This document shows positions 36,986 to 46,379 of a stretch of DNA of 64,000 nucleotides, in pieces; the first letter of the stretch is position 1; every line of letters starts with the position of its first letter. The stretch is from an uncultured Gammaproteobacteria bacterium (GTDB lineage: Bacteria > Patescibacteriota > Patescibacteriia > Magasanikbacterales > GWA2-37-8). The notes under the pieces were generated by a model. That model was not told where the DNA came from and made no database searches. It saw only the letters and a program-made list of their open reading frames with translations. Location: NCBI GenBank assembly GCA_964634875.1, contig CAZWKA010000008.1:978-64977 (forward strand), given 5' to 3'. Made by a program: the position numbers and the translations under genes.

Positions 36986-38227
36986 CTAATCCAAAAATGA
37001 AGTGACAACAAGCGCCAACGACAACACCACCAAAGCCCCGATCGTAATCCAGGCAATGGCGTTTCCGATTGGTTTATTCGTATACTCCCCCATCACCCGC
37101 TTATTATTGACGATCTTCATCACAAAAATAAGGATAAACGGCAAAAGTATACCGTTCACATCTTGTGAAATAATCATCATTTTAACCAATGAAACGCCGG
37201 GTATAAGCACAACCAAGCTTGGTACCACGATCATGAGGAGAATAATGCTATAAAAAACTTTGCCTGTTTTCCAGGTTGTATCAAAACCAGCTTCCCAACC
37301 AAACGCTTCGCAGAGGGCATAGGCTGTAGCAACCGGCAAAATAAAAGCACCCAACATTGAGGCAGCGAAAAGCCCGGCCGCGAACAAAAGTTCAGCGAGA
37401 TCCCCAGCCAGCGGACGGAGTGCTTCGGCTGCTTCGCGCGCATCAGTAACGTGGATACCAAATTTATACAAAGTTGCCGCAGTACTCACAATGATAAAAA
37501 AACTCACGATGTTCGTTAGAACCGCACCAAAATAAACCTCCTTTTTTGCTGTCTTATAATGCTTAATATCAATACCCTTATCCACCACATACGATTGGAT
37601 AAAAAACTGACCCCACGGAGTAATAGTCGTGCCGATAAGCGCGATTACGGTCACCAAATATCGTGGATTCCACTCGAGCGAGGGCCGGATCATCGCCTGG
37701 AAAGCTGCGTGAAAATCAGGGCCGATAATAAGGCCATTAACGATATATACGACATACAACAACGAAAAAATGAGAAACAATTTCTGCGTCGTCTTAAAAG
37801 ACCCTTTATACAAAACTATCCAGACGACCAGAGCAACCAATGGTACAACGATGTATTTACTGATACCGAATAGCGAAAAAGCTGCTGCCACACCGGCGAA
37901 TTCCGCCGTCGTGGTGCCAATATTAGCAATCAGCATTGCTACCATCGCAAACACCGTCAGTTTGACGCCAAAATTCTCCCGGATGACGCCGCCGAGTCCT
38001 TGGCGGGTTACGAGGCCAATACGCGCACCCATCTCCTGCGTAATTGCCAAAGCAAACGTTAAAAGAAACAATACCCAGAGCATCTTAAAACCAAACTCCG
38101 CACCAACTACGGAGTAGGTCGTGATACCGCCCGCATCATTGTCAGCGTTCGCAGCGATAATTCCGGGGCCAATGATCGAACCGACCACCGCCAGTCTTCG
38201 ACCAATTTGTTTTATTTTTTTAAACAT
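36986..38227 (-). CDS. mntH: Nramp-family divalent metal (Mn2+/Fe2+) transporter
   Basis: GPGIIAANADNDAGGITTYS and an 11-TM pattern typical of MntH/Nramp. Confidence 0.85.
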   Translation of the reverse strand: MFKKIKQIGRRLAVVGSIIGPGIIAANADNDAGGITTYSVVGAEFGFKMLWVLFLLTFALAITQEMGARIGLVTRQGLGGVIRENFGVKLTVFAMVAMLIANIGTTTAEFAGVAAAFSLFGISKYIVVPLVALVVWIVLYKGSFKTTQKLFLIFSLLYVVYIVNGLIIGPDFHAAFQAMIRPSLEWNPRYLVTVIALIGTTITPWGQFFIQSYVVDKGIDIKHYKTAKKEVYFGAVLTNIVSFFIIVSTAATLYKFGIHVTDAREAAEALRPLAGDLAELLFAAGLFAASMLGAFILPVATAYALCEAFGWEAGFDTTWKTGKVFYSIILLMIVVPSLVVLIPGVSLVKMMIISQDVNGILLPFILIFVMKIVNNKRVMGEYTNKPIGNAIAWITIGALVVLSLALVVTSFLD

Positions 38228-38238
38228 ACCTTTCCTGG

Positions 38239-39447
38239 TTAGGCCTTCGGCGCGATCTGGCGCATAACATCATCAATTGAAACTACGCCGATCAACTTAC
38301 CGCGTTTATCGAGTACTGCAGCAAAATATAAGTCATATTTGGTCATTATCGTAATCACGTGGTTGATCTTATCCCCCAGTTGCAGGGTCTGGGCTGAAAA
38401 GCTTTCTACCAAATCGCTCATTTTACTATTTTGCTCTGCAACCAACAGCCGCCTCAACGAAAGCGCGCCTTTAAAAAAACCTTCCTTATCGACCACGTAT
38501 ACATATAAAATGGAACGTAGCAGCGGCGATAAACGACGCACTTCTCCCAGCGCTTCCTCTACAGTTGATTCACTACTGACTGAAACGAATTCCGTTGTCA
38601 TAAGACCTCCTGCCGTGTCGTCATCATACTCAATAAGATTTTCGATCTTTTTCAGTTTTACATTTTTCAGTTGTGACAAAAACACCCGCGCGTCATCTTT
38701 CGGCAAAATCTTTAACAGGTCAACTACCTCATCAACCGACATTTGACTGATAATCCTGACTGCCTCTTCCCGGTTAAGTCGCTGCACCAATGCTTTTTGC
38801 AACTCGGGCTCGATTTCTTCCATAACTTTCGCCGCCGTTGCCTCATCTAGCGACTCGACCAGCGTACTCCCTTGTTTAAGACTGAGGTCTTCAATGATAT
38901 TAGCTAAGTCGGCCGGATGCAAACGGGTTAGAGCGCTTGAAACCGTACTCAGCTTTACCGCACCTTTGACCAATTGGGTTTTACGCCAATCAATCAAATT
39001 AACTTTAAACCAGTCAGGCAAGTCGAGCCAGGCCAAACCAAGACGGCGTAGCAACCCTTTAAAACTGATATCAATACCTAAAACCGACATTTGCCCTTCG
39101 AATAAACCAACTCGCAAATCGTTTACGCGAACAACACGAGCACCTTCTACATCAACAATTTGCTGATCAAGCACATCCCGGGATAAGTATACCCAATCAT
39201 CTTTTGGCTCAGCCGGAGCAATCTTGGCTGCCAAGCTTTTAAGGTCAATCTGGCTGCGGCTCATGCTCTCAACATGGCTATAGGGAATAAAACAACAATC
39301 CTTGCGCCCGGATTGGCTAACTGCTAAAAATAAAAGCGGCGCATACGCCCCGGTTGCCGGCTTTACTACTATATCAACCAATTTTCCGACCACAACGTCC
39401 GCACTATCTTCAATTTTTTTTCCGATTATTTGGCTAAGATAGGCCAT
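38239..39447 (-). CDS. Soluble MgtE-N domain + tandem CBS protein with N-terminal PRC-barrel-like region (no TM domain)
   Basis: The middle region resembles the MgtE intracellular N domain. The C-terminus has two CBS-like repeats (..VVDKEGFFKGALSLRRLL.. and ..AAVLDKRGKLIGVVSIDDVMRQI..). No hydrophobic helices. Confidence 0.6.
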   Translation of the reverse strand: MAYLSQIIGKKIEDSADVVVGKLVDIVVKPATGAYAPLLFLAVSQSGRKDCCFIPYSHVESMSRSQIDLKSLAAKIAPAEPKDDWVYLSRDVLDQQIVDVEGARVVRVNDLRVGLFEGQMSVLGIDISFKGLLRRLGLAWLDLPDWFKVNLIDWRKTQLVKGAVKLSTVSSALTRLHPADLANIIEDLSLKQGSTLVESLDEATAAKVMEEIEPELQKALVQRLNREEAVRIISQMSVDEVVDLLKILPKDDARVFLSQLKNVKLKKIENLIEYDDDTAGGLMTTEFVSVSSESTVEEALGEVRRLSPLLRSILYVYVVDKEGFFKGALSLRRLLVAEQNSKMSDLVESFSAQTLQLGDKINHVITIMTKYDLYFAAVLDKRGKLIGVVSIDDVMRQIAPKA

Positions 39448-39557
39448 AAGAAGAGATTAGATGGCTCTAGTATACCCTTCTTAACTAAAAAAATCAATGA
39501 GGGTGAGTCTAGGCAAAAAAAACCGAGAAGGTATAATAAGATCATTCAATCATCAGT

Positions 39558-40703
39558 ATGCACATCGGCATCGACGCACGCCTCTACGGCCCCGAACAAG
39601 GAGGGCTGGGGCGCTATATCGAACAACTCATCCTTCACCTTGAACAAATCCCTACTACTGACACCTTCAGCATTTTTTTACGTTCAGAAAACTGGGAAGC
39701 CTACCAACCAAAAAACAAAAACTTCCGCAAAGTTATGGCCGATATTCCCTGGTATGGCTGGAAGGAACAAGTACTCCTCCCCAAAATTTTTGAGCGTGAG
39801 CACGTTGACATCATGCACTTTCCCCATTGGAATATACCACTTTACTATAACCAGCCTTTTGTAGTTACTATCCACGACCTACTTTTACTGCATTTTCCAA
39901 CTCGTGCGGCCAGCACCCTGGGGCCTGTCACCTATTGGTTCAAGCAGTATATGTACAAAAAAGTACTCCGCCACGCTGCCCAGCACGCGGAGCATATTCT
40001 TGCGACGAGTGAATTTACCAAGCAAGACATCCATCACACTCTCGATATTGCTCTTAAAAAAATAACCGTCACCTACCAAGCAGCTTTTCTAAAAAAAGAA
40101 AAAGGGTCTGCGGCCTTACAAACCACACCTGTCAAATGGCTCGAACGCCTGGGAATCACCAAACCCTATCTGCTCTATGTTGGAGTTGCCTATCCGCACA
40201 AAAATCTAGATGGCCTACTTACAGCCTGGGAAATTTTCTGCGCGAAGTATGGCAACAACTACCAGCTTGTCCTCGCCGGAAAACATAATTATTTTTATAA
40301 AAAGCTACTAGCAAACCAACGCGCGAGCAAAAACGAAAACAAACCCATCTTTACTGGTTTTGTGTCGGACACAGAACTTGAAACATTGTACAAAGGAGCC
40401 GCGCTGTATGTCTTCCCGAGTTTTTATGAAGGCTTCGGCCTGCCACCATTAGAGGCTATGAGCTACAACCTACCAATCGCAGCCTCAAACGCCTCGTGTT
40501 TGCCCGAAATTCTAGGGGAAGCGGCCGTCTATTTTGACCCACATCAACCGACCGAAATGGCTGCCGTGTTCTTTAAAACACTTACTGACCAAGCCATGCG
40601 CCACGCCCTCATCGCCGCTGGACAAAAACGGTATCCACGTTTCTCGTGGAAAAAACTGGCGGAAAAAACTGCTGAAACGTACCGCGCTAGCCTGGATACA
40701 TAA
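39558..40703 (+). CDS. Glycosyltransferase family 4
   Basis: EGFGLPPLEAMSYNLPIAAS motif. Confidence 0.85.
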   Translation: MHIGIDARLYGPEQGGLGRYIEQLILHLEQIPTTDTFSIFLRSENWEAYQPKNKNFRKVMADIPWYGWKEQVLLPKIFEREHVDIMHFPHWNIPLYYNQPFVVTIHDLLLLHFPTRAASTLGPVTYWFKQYMYKKVLRHAAQHAEHILATSEFTKQDIHHTLDIALKKITVTYQAAFLKKEKGSAALQTTPVKWLERLGITKPYLLYVGVAYPHKNLDGLLTAWEIFCAKYGNNYQLVLAGKHNYFYKKLLANQRASKNENKPIFTGFVSDTELETLYKGAALYVFPSFYEGFGLPPLEAMSYNLPIAASNASCLPEILGEAAVYFDPHQPTEMAAVFFKTLTDQAMRHALIAAGQKRYPRFSWKKLAEKTAETYRASLDT

Positions 40704-40748
40704 GGTGCTCATGCGCCTTACACGAAGGAGGTGGATAAATAAGATATT

Positions 40749-43445
40749 TTGGCTAGGGAAAGACTTGAAAATAGTGTATACTACTATCTAGTCTGTGCTT
40801 GTCCAGGTATGCCAAAAAAAATCAGCCGACCCCAATTGCGCCGTTGTGGTTTTTGCACTAAGGTCGGACACAATAAATCTACTTGCCCACTCTTAAGGAG
40901 TAAGCAAAAAAACCAACCCGCCAACAATCCATCGCAGGTTAATTTTTTTGTTCACCATGTTACAACAGCACCCCCGGCTTCACCACATATTGTTAACCTC
41001 AAAAAACATCTCTCACCACTCTGGGAGGGAATAGAAGCCGCTTCCCCAAAAAAATCTATTAATCCCACGTACCACTTTTATCATCAACAAAAAAGAGGCT
41101 TCCAGGCACCACCTCCTTCACGCGCTGAAATAGTTGCCGTAGAGGCAGTTGCTTCACGAGCAAACCGTATCCTCGAGCAGCCAGAACCCTACGCCATGGT
41201 ACTGCCCTATCACAAAACCCCAACCCTTTCTTCACTTCCACCAAACACCGAAGCATCTCGTGCTATCTTGGCAAAACAAGATCGCCTCAGTCTCCGTCAA
41301 AAATTGAACAATTTACAATTAAAACGTCCCAAAATAAACATAGCGGATTGGCGTTTGCGCCATGCAGAAAGAGTATCCGACGTGACTATGCGTCTCGAGA
41401 ATATCGCCCAATCTATTGGAGAGAGTTTCCGCCTGCTCATAGCAGAGGGGCCGAAAAAACGAAGTATTGCGATCGCCCTTCTTATCATTACTGTTATAGG
41501 CATACTCCCATTACCTGCCCGTAGCTACTATGTTGAATTACAAAAAAACAAGCTAGCAGTTGTCGAAAATAGCACTGCTGGTTTTAAGGCGCTCGAAGAC
41601 TCAACACATCAATTACTAGCTGCCGAACTCGAAGGCGCCGAAGACTCAACACATCTGGCTCTTTCCCATTTTGATAACGCCCTGACGACGCTCGAAAAAT
41701 ACAGTTGGCTAGAAACAATTGTGGGCAGCATTCCTATTGTTAAAGACCAGCTGAAAAGCCGTGAAAGGCTCCTTCTTGCCGGGCAGCAAATTGCAGTCGG
41801 CAATAGCTACCTGCTCGCCAGCGCCACACGTGTTACGTCTGCCAGCACCACCCCCCTCATGAAAACCAACCAACTACTTTCTGCCCTTGTCCCGGCTCTC
41901 CCCAATTACCAAAAAGCTCTCGTAAACTTGAACGACGTAAACCCAGACGTGCTCCCGGAGCAATATCGGACTTCATTTGAAAAATTCCGCACCCTTTTTG
42001 AGGCCACCGTTACCGACCTTGAAAGCATTGCCGCCATGACAACACCGATCAACGAAATTTTTGGCGGCAAAGGCTTGCGACGCTACCTAATCGCTTTTCA
42101 AAACCCCAGCGAACTTAGACCAACCGGGGGGTTTATCGGCAGTTTTGCTATCCTGGAAGTAAAAGATGGCGCCATTACTCAATTTGATATCCCGCCGGGC
42201 GGCAGCTACGATCTCCAGGGGCAGCTTGACCAATTTATTGAACCTCCGGTGCCCCTCCTCCTCACCAATAAACGCTGGGAATTCCAGGATGCGAATTGGT
42301 TTCCAGACTTTCCGGCGAGCAGTGAAAAATTACTTTGGTTTTATCGCCACAGCCGGGGGGTCACTCTTGATGGGGTTATTGCGGTCAACGCCACGGTGCT
42401 TGAACGACTGCTTGCCCTCACCGGACCCATTACCGACGAAAAACGCGGCCTTACACTTACCGCAGAAGCAGCACTTCCTACTATTCAAGAAATAGTTGAG
42501 GAAGGACCTGAAAAAAAGATCAATAAGCCCAAACAAATCCTTGGTGATATTGCACCCACCCTCCTCAAGCGATTGACCACAGTTGATGCCGCCAGTCTCG
42601 TACCACTCCTTAAAAATATCGAGGAAGCGCTTGGTCAAAAAGAAATCCAAGCTTACTTTACTGATCAAGCAACCCAAAATACTATTACATCTTTTGGTTG
42701 GAGCGGCAAAATTACCGAAACGCTGCCAGGACAAGATTATCTCCTCGTCGTTAACACCAATATCCAAGGCCAGAAAAGTGACGCGAATATCAAGCAGGCT
42801 ATCGACCATGAGGCGGTCGTCAATGACGATGGTACAGTGACCAATACTGTTACTATTACCCGCACGCACCAAGGTTCAGCCGACGAAAAATTATACGGCG
42901 CAACAAACATTGACTACTTGCGCGTCTATGTCCCCGCCGGGAGCACGCTCTTGGCCGCCTCTGGTTTTGCCTGGCCCGATGATACGAGTTTCCGCGCCCC
43001 CGAAAGCTGGTACAAAAAAGATTCTTTTTTAAGCGAACAGGAAAAACTAATCACCATCGATGCAGCCTCAGGAACCCACATAGTGAGCGAGTTTGGCAAA
43101 ACTTCCTTTGGCAATTGGCTCATCACCCCACCCGGCCAAACGAGTCAAGTCCAATTTTCCTATCGATTACCTTTCACGATTCTTAATGAGAACCGCGAAG
43201 ATGAGGAGAATTTCTTTACCCGCCTGTTGACACCCCCTCGCACTGTTGCTGACTACCAGCTTGTTGTCCAACGCCAGTCAGGTTCCCCCAGCTCTTTTGG
43301 AAGTAAAATTATTTTCCCGACCGGCTGGAAGCCCCTCTGGAAAAACGGTAACCAAATTTCTTTAGCAAAAAATGGCGCGGAAATTATAGTTGAAAGCCTT
43401 GACCGCGACACAATCTGGGCTTTTGCGATGGAAAAAAATAATTGA
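40749..43445 (+). CDS. Large membrane-anchored protein with N-terminal CCHC zinc knuckle and a DUF4012-like extracytoplasmic region (hypothetical)
   Basis: CGFCTKVGHNKSTC is an exact CX2CX4HX4C match. Single TM (..IAIALLIITVIGILPLPA..) and an ~650-aa C-terminal domain containing ..GGFIGSFAILEVKDGAI... Start may be the Met at 40809. Family name recalled from memory, uncertain. Confidence 0.5.
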   Translation: MARERLENSVYYYLVCACPGMPKKISRPQLRRCGFCTKVGHNKSTCPLLRSKQKNQPANNPSQVNFFVHHVTTAPPASPHIVNLKKHLSPLWEGIEAASPKKSINPTYHFYHQQKRGFQAPPPSRAEIVAVEAVASRANRILEQPEPYAMVLPYHKTPTLSSLPPNTEASRAILAKQDRLSLRQKLNNLQLKRPKINIADWRLRHAERVSDVTMRLENIAQSIGESFRLLIAEGPKKRSIAIALLIITVIGILPLPARSYYVELQKNKLAVVENSTAGFKALEDSTHQLLAAELEGAEDSTHLALSHFDNALTTLEKYSWLETIVGSIPIVKDQLKSRERLLLAGQQIAVGNSYLLASATRVTSASTTPLMKTNQLLSALVPALPNYQKALVNLNDVNPDVLPEQYRTSFEKFRTLFEATVTDLESIAAMTTPINEIFGGKGLRRYLIAFQNPSELRPTGGFIGSFAILEVKDGAITQFDIPPGGSYDLQGQLDQFIEPPVPLLLTNKRWEFQDANWFPDFPASSEKLLWFYRHSRGVTLDGVIAVNATVLERLLALTGPITDEKRGLTLTAEAALPTIQEIVEEGPEKKINKPKQILGDIAPTLLKRLTTVDAASLVPLLKNIEEALGQKEIQAYFTDQATQNTITSFGWSGKITETLPGQDYLLVVNTNIQGQKSDANIKQAIDHEAVVNDDGTVTNTVTITRTHQGSADEKLYGATNIDYLRVYVPAGSTLLAASGFAWPDDTSFRAPESWYKKDSFLSEQEKLITIDAASGTHIVSEFGKTSFGNWLITPPGQTSQVQFSYRLPFTILNENREDEENFFTRLLTPPRTVADYQLVVQRQSGSPSSFGSKIIFPTGWKPLWKNGNQISLAKNGAEIIVESLDRDTIWAFAMEKNN

Positions 43446-43493
43446 ACCCGGCTTTATTTGTGAGCCACCTCCCTAGAAAGCTTTTGTCTTTAT

Positions 43494-45410
43494 TTGCCAC
43501 TCTCTATGCCTGAAGAAACAACCACTCTTTTTCCAAACGCCGAAGCTGCGCCTCGAAAAAAACCTCAATTACGTACCAAAAAAATTACTTCCCGACCTAC
43601 TGTGCGCAAAAAAACCATGCCAACTGCCAACGAACAGAGGATTGACGATGGCCTTGCTTCTATCTACCAAAACGAACAAGGTCGCATGCCGGACATGAGA
43701 AAAATTGATATTAAAAAAAGACATCCAGTACTTGGTTTTATCGTAGCCCTGCTCATCATTGCCTCACTTATGGCTTTTGTAGCCTGGATCGGTTTTTTTG
43801 TCCTACCTTCCAAAGACGCCTTTTCCGAAGACCAGGTCAGCCTCACGGTCGAAGGCCCAAAAAACGTTATGGTAGGCGCAACCACAACATACACTATTGC
43901 CTACCGCAACAACCAAGATACAGCGATCGATAACGCCACCCTCAGTCTCTGGTACCCCGCTGGTTTTGTTTTTGTCACCAGCTCCTTCCCCCTCAAAAAT
44001 GCTAGCCATAACGAGGCCGCCCTCGGCACCCTTGCTCCAGAGGCAGGCGGCGAGATTACCATTACCGGTATCACCTACGGCAGTCTAAACCAGTCAGGCT
44101 CACTCCGATTGTCACTTAAATACGAGCCCCAAAACATCTCCTCAGCGCTTCAAAAGACTGCTGACCTTGTCACCACAGTTACTGAGTCACCACTTACCGT
44201 AACCATCCAGGCACCTGAAAAAATAAGTGCCGGCAGCCAGACTGAAATTACTTTTTTGGTTAAAAATATTGGTAGTGGCACACTTCCTGAACTCCGCCTT
44301 GCTCCGATCGTGCCCCCCAACTTCGCCCCCGCTTCCTCGACCCCACTCCTTACCAAAGACCAACAGTGGGTTATTAAAAATAACAGTACTTCTACAGCCA
44401 GCTTCAAAACGCTCTCTTTTGTCTTGCGCGGTTCGTTTAGCGACGAAGGAGCAGCAGAGTTGCCCATTAAAGCTGAACTATACATCCTCGCACCTGGCGT
44501 CAACCAAGTCTACAAAATCGCCGAAACTGGAGTCCAGAGTAACCTGGTCAAAACCGGGGCGCTCGTCAGCGTGGCCGTTAATGGCAATCTAGAAACGCAA
44601 AATGTCCAACCCGGAAACACCCTTAACTATACCGTAAACATAAAAAACACAAGTGCCAATGAAATCAAGGACGCCAGCGTCCTCTTGGCCATAGACGGAC
44701 CGTCATATAAAAACCAAAGCATCCTCAAATGGGCCGCTATCAAAGATCCTCATGACGGAGACATAAAAGGTGAACAGATCAGTACTTCGATTCGTCATGG
44801 TCAAATTAGTTGGAATAAAAAAAATATTCCTGCCCTAGCCTCGCTCAAACCGGGACAAGAACTCAATATCGACATCGAGCTACCTATTAAAACCAAAGAC
44901 GATGTTGAGTTACAAAATTTTAGCGAAGCAAAAATCACTAATTTAGCAACACTCAACTACACCGACGTTGGAGGAACTAACAAAAACGCCTCAGCGGCCG
45001 CACTGATCCTTCTCGTCAATTCCGACCTAAGCATTGAAACAAGAGACACCGTCACCAGCGAAGGCGGTCAGGAAAAACATGCTATTACCTGGCTTCTGAA
45101 CAACACATTCCATCCCCTCAAAAATATGACGCTCACAGCAAACGTTTTTGGTGATATTGGCGAAATCGACACTTCAGCTGTTCCAGCTGGCACCGCTACC
45201 TTTGATCAAACTGCCAAAAAACTTACTTGGACTATTCCCGAAATGCCTGAATCAGTAGACGTGTTGGCTTGGCCATTTACCGTCACTCTTCTGAAAAAAA
45301 ACCCAACGCAAAATACGTTGGTCTCAAAAGTTACACTAACTGCCGAAGATACCGTTACCGGACAAATCATTTCCCTGACTGGCAACGAAATTACTCTTAC
45401 CACCGAATAA
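43494..45410 (+). CDS. Cell-surface protein with N-terminal TM anchor and repeated beta-sandwich-like segments (hypothetical)
   Basis: TM (..VLGFIVALLIIASLMAFVAWIGFFVL..) followed by ~550 aa rich in T/S/N/V with recurring ..TxxxxNxGxxxxxxxxL.. stretches. Confidence 0.45.
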   Translation: MPLSMPEETTTLFPNAEAAPRKKPQLRTKKITSRPTVRKKTMPTANEQRIDDGLASIYQNEQGRMPDMRKIDIKKRHPVLGFIVALLIIASLMAFVAWIGFFVLPSKDAFSEDQVSLTVEGPKNVMVGATTTYTIAYRNNQDTAIDNATLSLWYPAGFVFVTSSFPLKNASHNEAALGTLAPEAGGEITITGITYGSLNQSGSLRLSLKYEPQNISSALQKTADLVTTVTESPLTVTIQAPEKISAGSQTEITFLVKNIGSGTLPELRLAPIVPPNFAPASSTPLLTKDQQWVIKNNSTSTASFKTLSFVLRGSFSDEGAAELPIKAELYILAPGVNQVYKIAETGVQSNLVKTGALVSVAVNGNLETQNVQPGNTLNYTVNIKNTSANEIKDASVLLAIDGPSYKNQSILKWAAIKDPHDGDIKGEQISTSIRHGQISWNKKNIPALASLKPGQELNIDIELPIKTKDDVELQNFSEAKITNLATLNYTDVGGTNKNASAAALILLVNSDLSIETRDTVTSEGGQEKHAITWLLNNTFHPLKNMTLTANVFGDIGEIDTSAVPAGTATFDQTAKKLTWTIPEMPESVDVLAWPFTVTLLKKNPTQNTLVSKVTLTAEDTVTGQIISLTGNEITLTTE

Positions 45411-45412
45411 GC

Positions 45413-46354
45413 TTAGGTCGCCAAAAAAGCCTTGATGAGCCGCTCGGCCTCCTCAAGATCATGCGCGTCAAGCCACGTAATCCGTTCATCGCGTTTAAAC
45501 CAGGTTAATTGTCGTTTTGCATAGCGCCGTGTCGCGCCCTGTATTTTTTCGCGTGCTTCAGCCAGCGTTAATTCACCCTGAAGGTAATGGTCAATCTCCT
45601 TATACCCAATCCCCTTCATGCTCGGAAGCTTCCATTGGTAACGCTGCCGTAGTAAATCTTTTGTTTCTTCGATCATCCCTTCTCTAAACTGAGTTTCAAT
45701 GCGTTCATTGATACGCGTATGAAGTTCAGAAAGTGTGCGCCGGATACCCAGTTGAAGAACATTAAACAGGGGCTCGGCTTTTTGCTGCTGATCAGCAAAC
45801 GAACTCCCTGTTAAAATAGCAACCTCGAGTGCCCGGACAACCCGCTGGGGATTCTTAAGGTCAACCTTAGCCGCTGATTTTGCATCAATATTGCGCAGGA
45901 GTTCAACTAGCTCTGGCAAACTTTTGCCTTCTAGCCCATCGCGAAGTTTTTTATTCGGGGCGACAGGAGGCAACGTCAGATTGTCAATAAGTGACCACAA
46001 ATAGAGGCCTGTTCCTCCGACTACAAAAGGAACTTTTCCCCGCTGAAAAATATGCCTAATAGCACTGACAGCCGACTCTTTAAATTGTGCCAAGGTAAAC
46101 TCCTCACCCGGGTCTACCAAATCCATTAAATAATGTGCCACACCACCTACCACGTAGGCTGCAGTGCCTTCTGTCTCGCGCCATATACCCTTAGGCTTTC
46201 CCGTCGCAATAGTCATTTTTTTATAGACCTGACGTGAGTCAGCCGAAATAATCTCCCCATTAAATTTTTTGGCAAGCTTAATACCAAAATCGGTTTTACC
46301 GGAAGCAGTGGGGCCCGCCAGGACAATAATTTTAGGTAATTTTTCTTCAACCAT
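45413..46354 (-). CDS. miaA: tRNA dimethylallyltransferase
   Basis: P-loop GPTASGKT and ..ISADSRQVYK.. motifs of MiaA. 313 aa. Confidence 0.9.
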   Translation of the reverse strand: MVEEKLPKIIVLAGPTASGKTDFGIKLAKKFNGEIISADSRQVYKKMTIATGKPKGIWRETEGTAAYVVGGVAHYLMDLVDPGEEFTLAQFKESAVSAIRHIFQRGKVPFVVGGTGLYLWSLIDNLTLPPVAPNKKLRDGLEGKSLPELVELLRNIDAKSAAKVDLKNPQRVVRALEVAILTGSSFADQQQKAEPLFNVLQLGIRRTLSELHTRINERIETQFREGMIEETKDLLRQRYQWKLPSMKGIGYKEIDHYLQGELTLAEAREKIQGATRRYAKRQLTWFKRDERITWLDAHDLEEAERLIKAFLAT

Positions 46355-46379
46355 AAAAAATTAGGTTGACCTCATTAAA

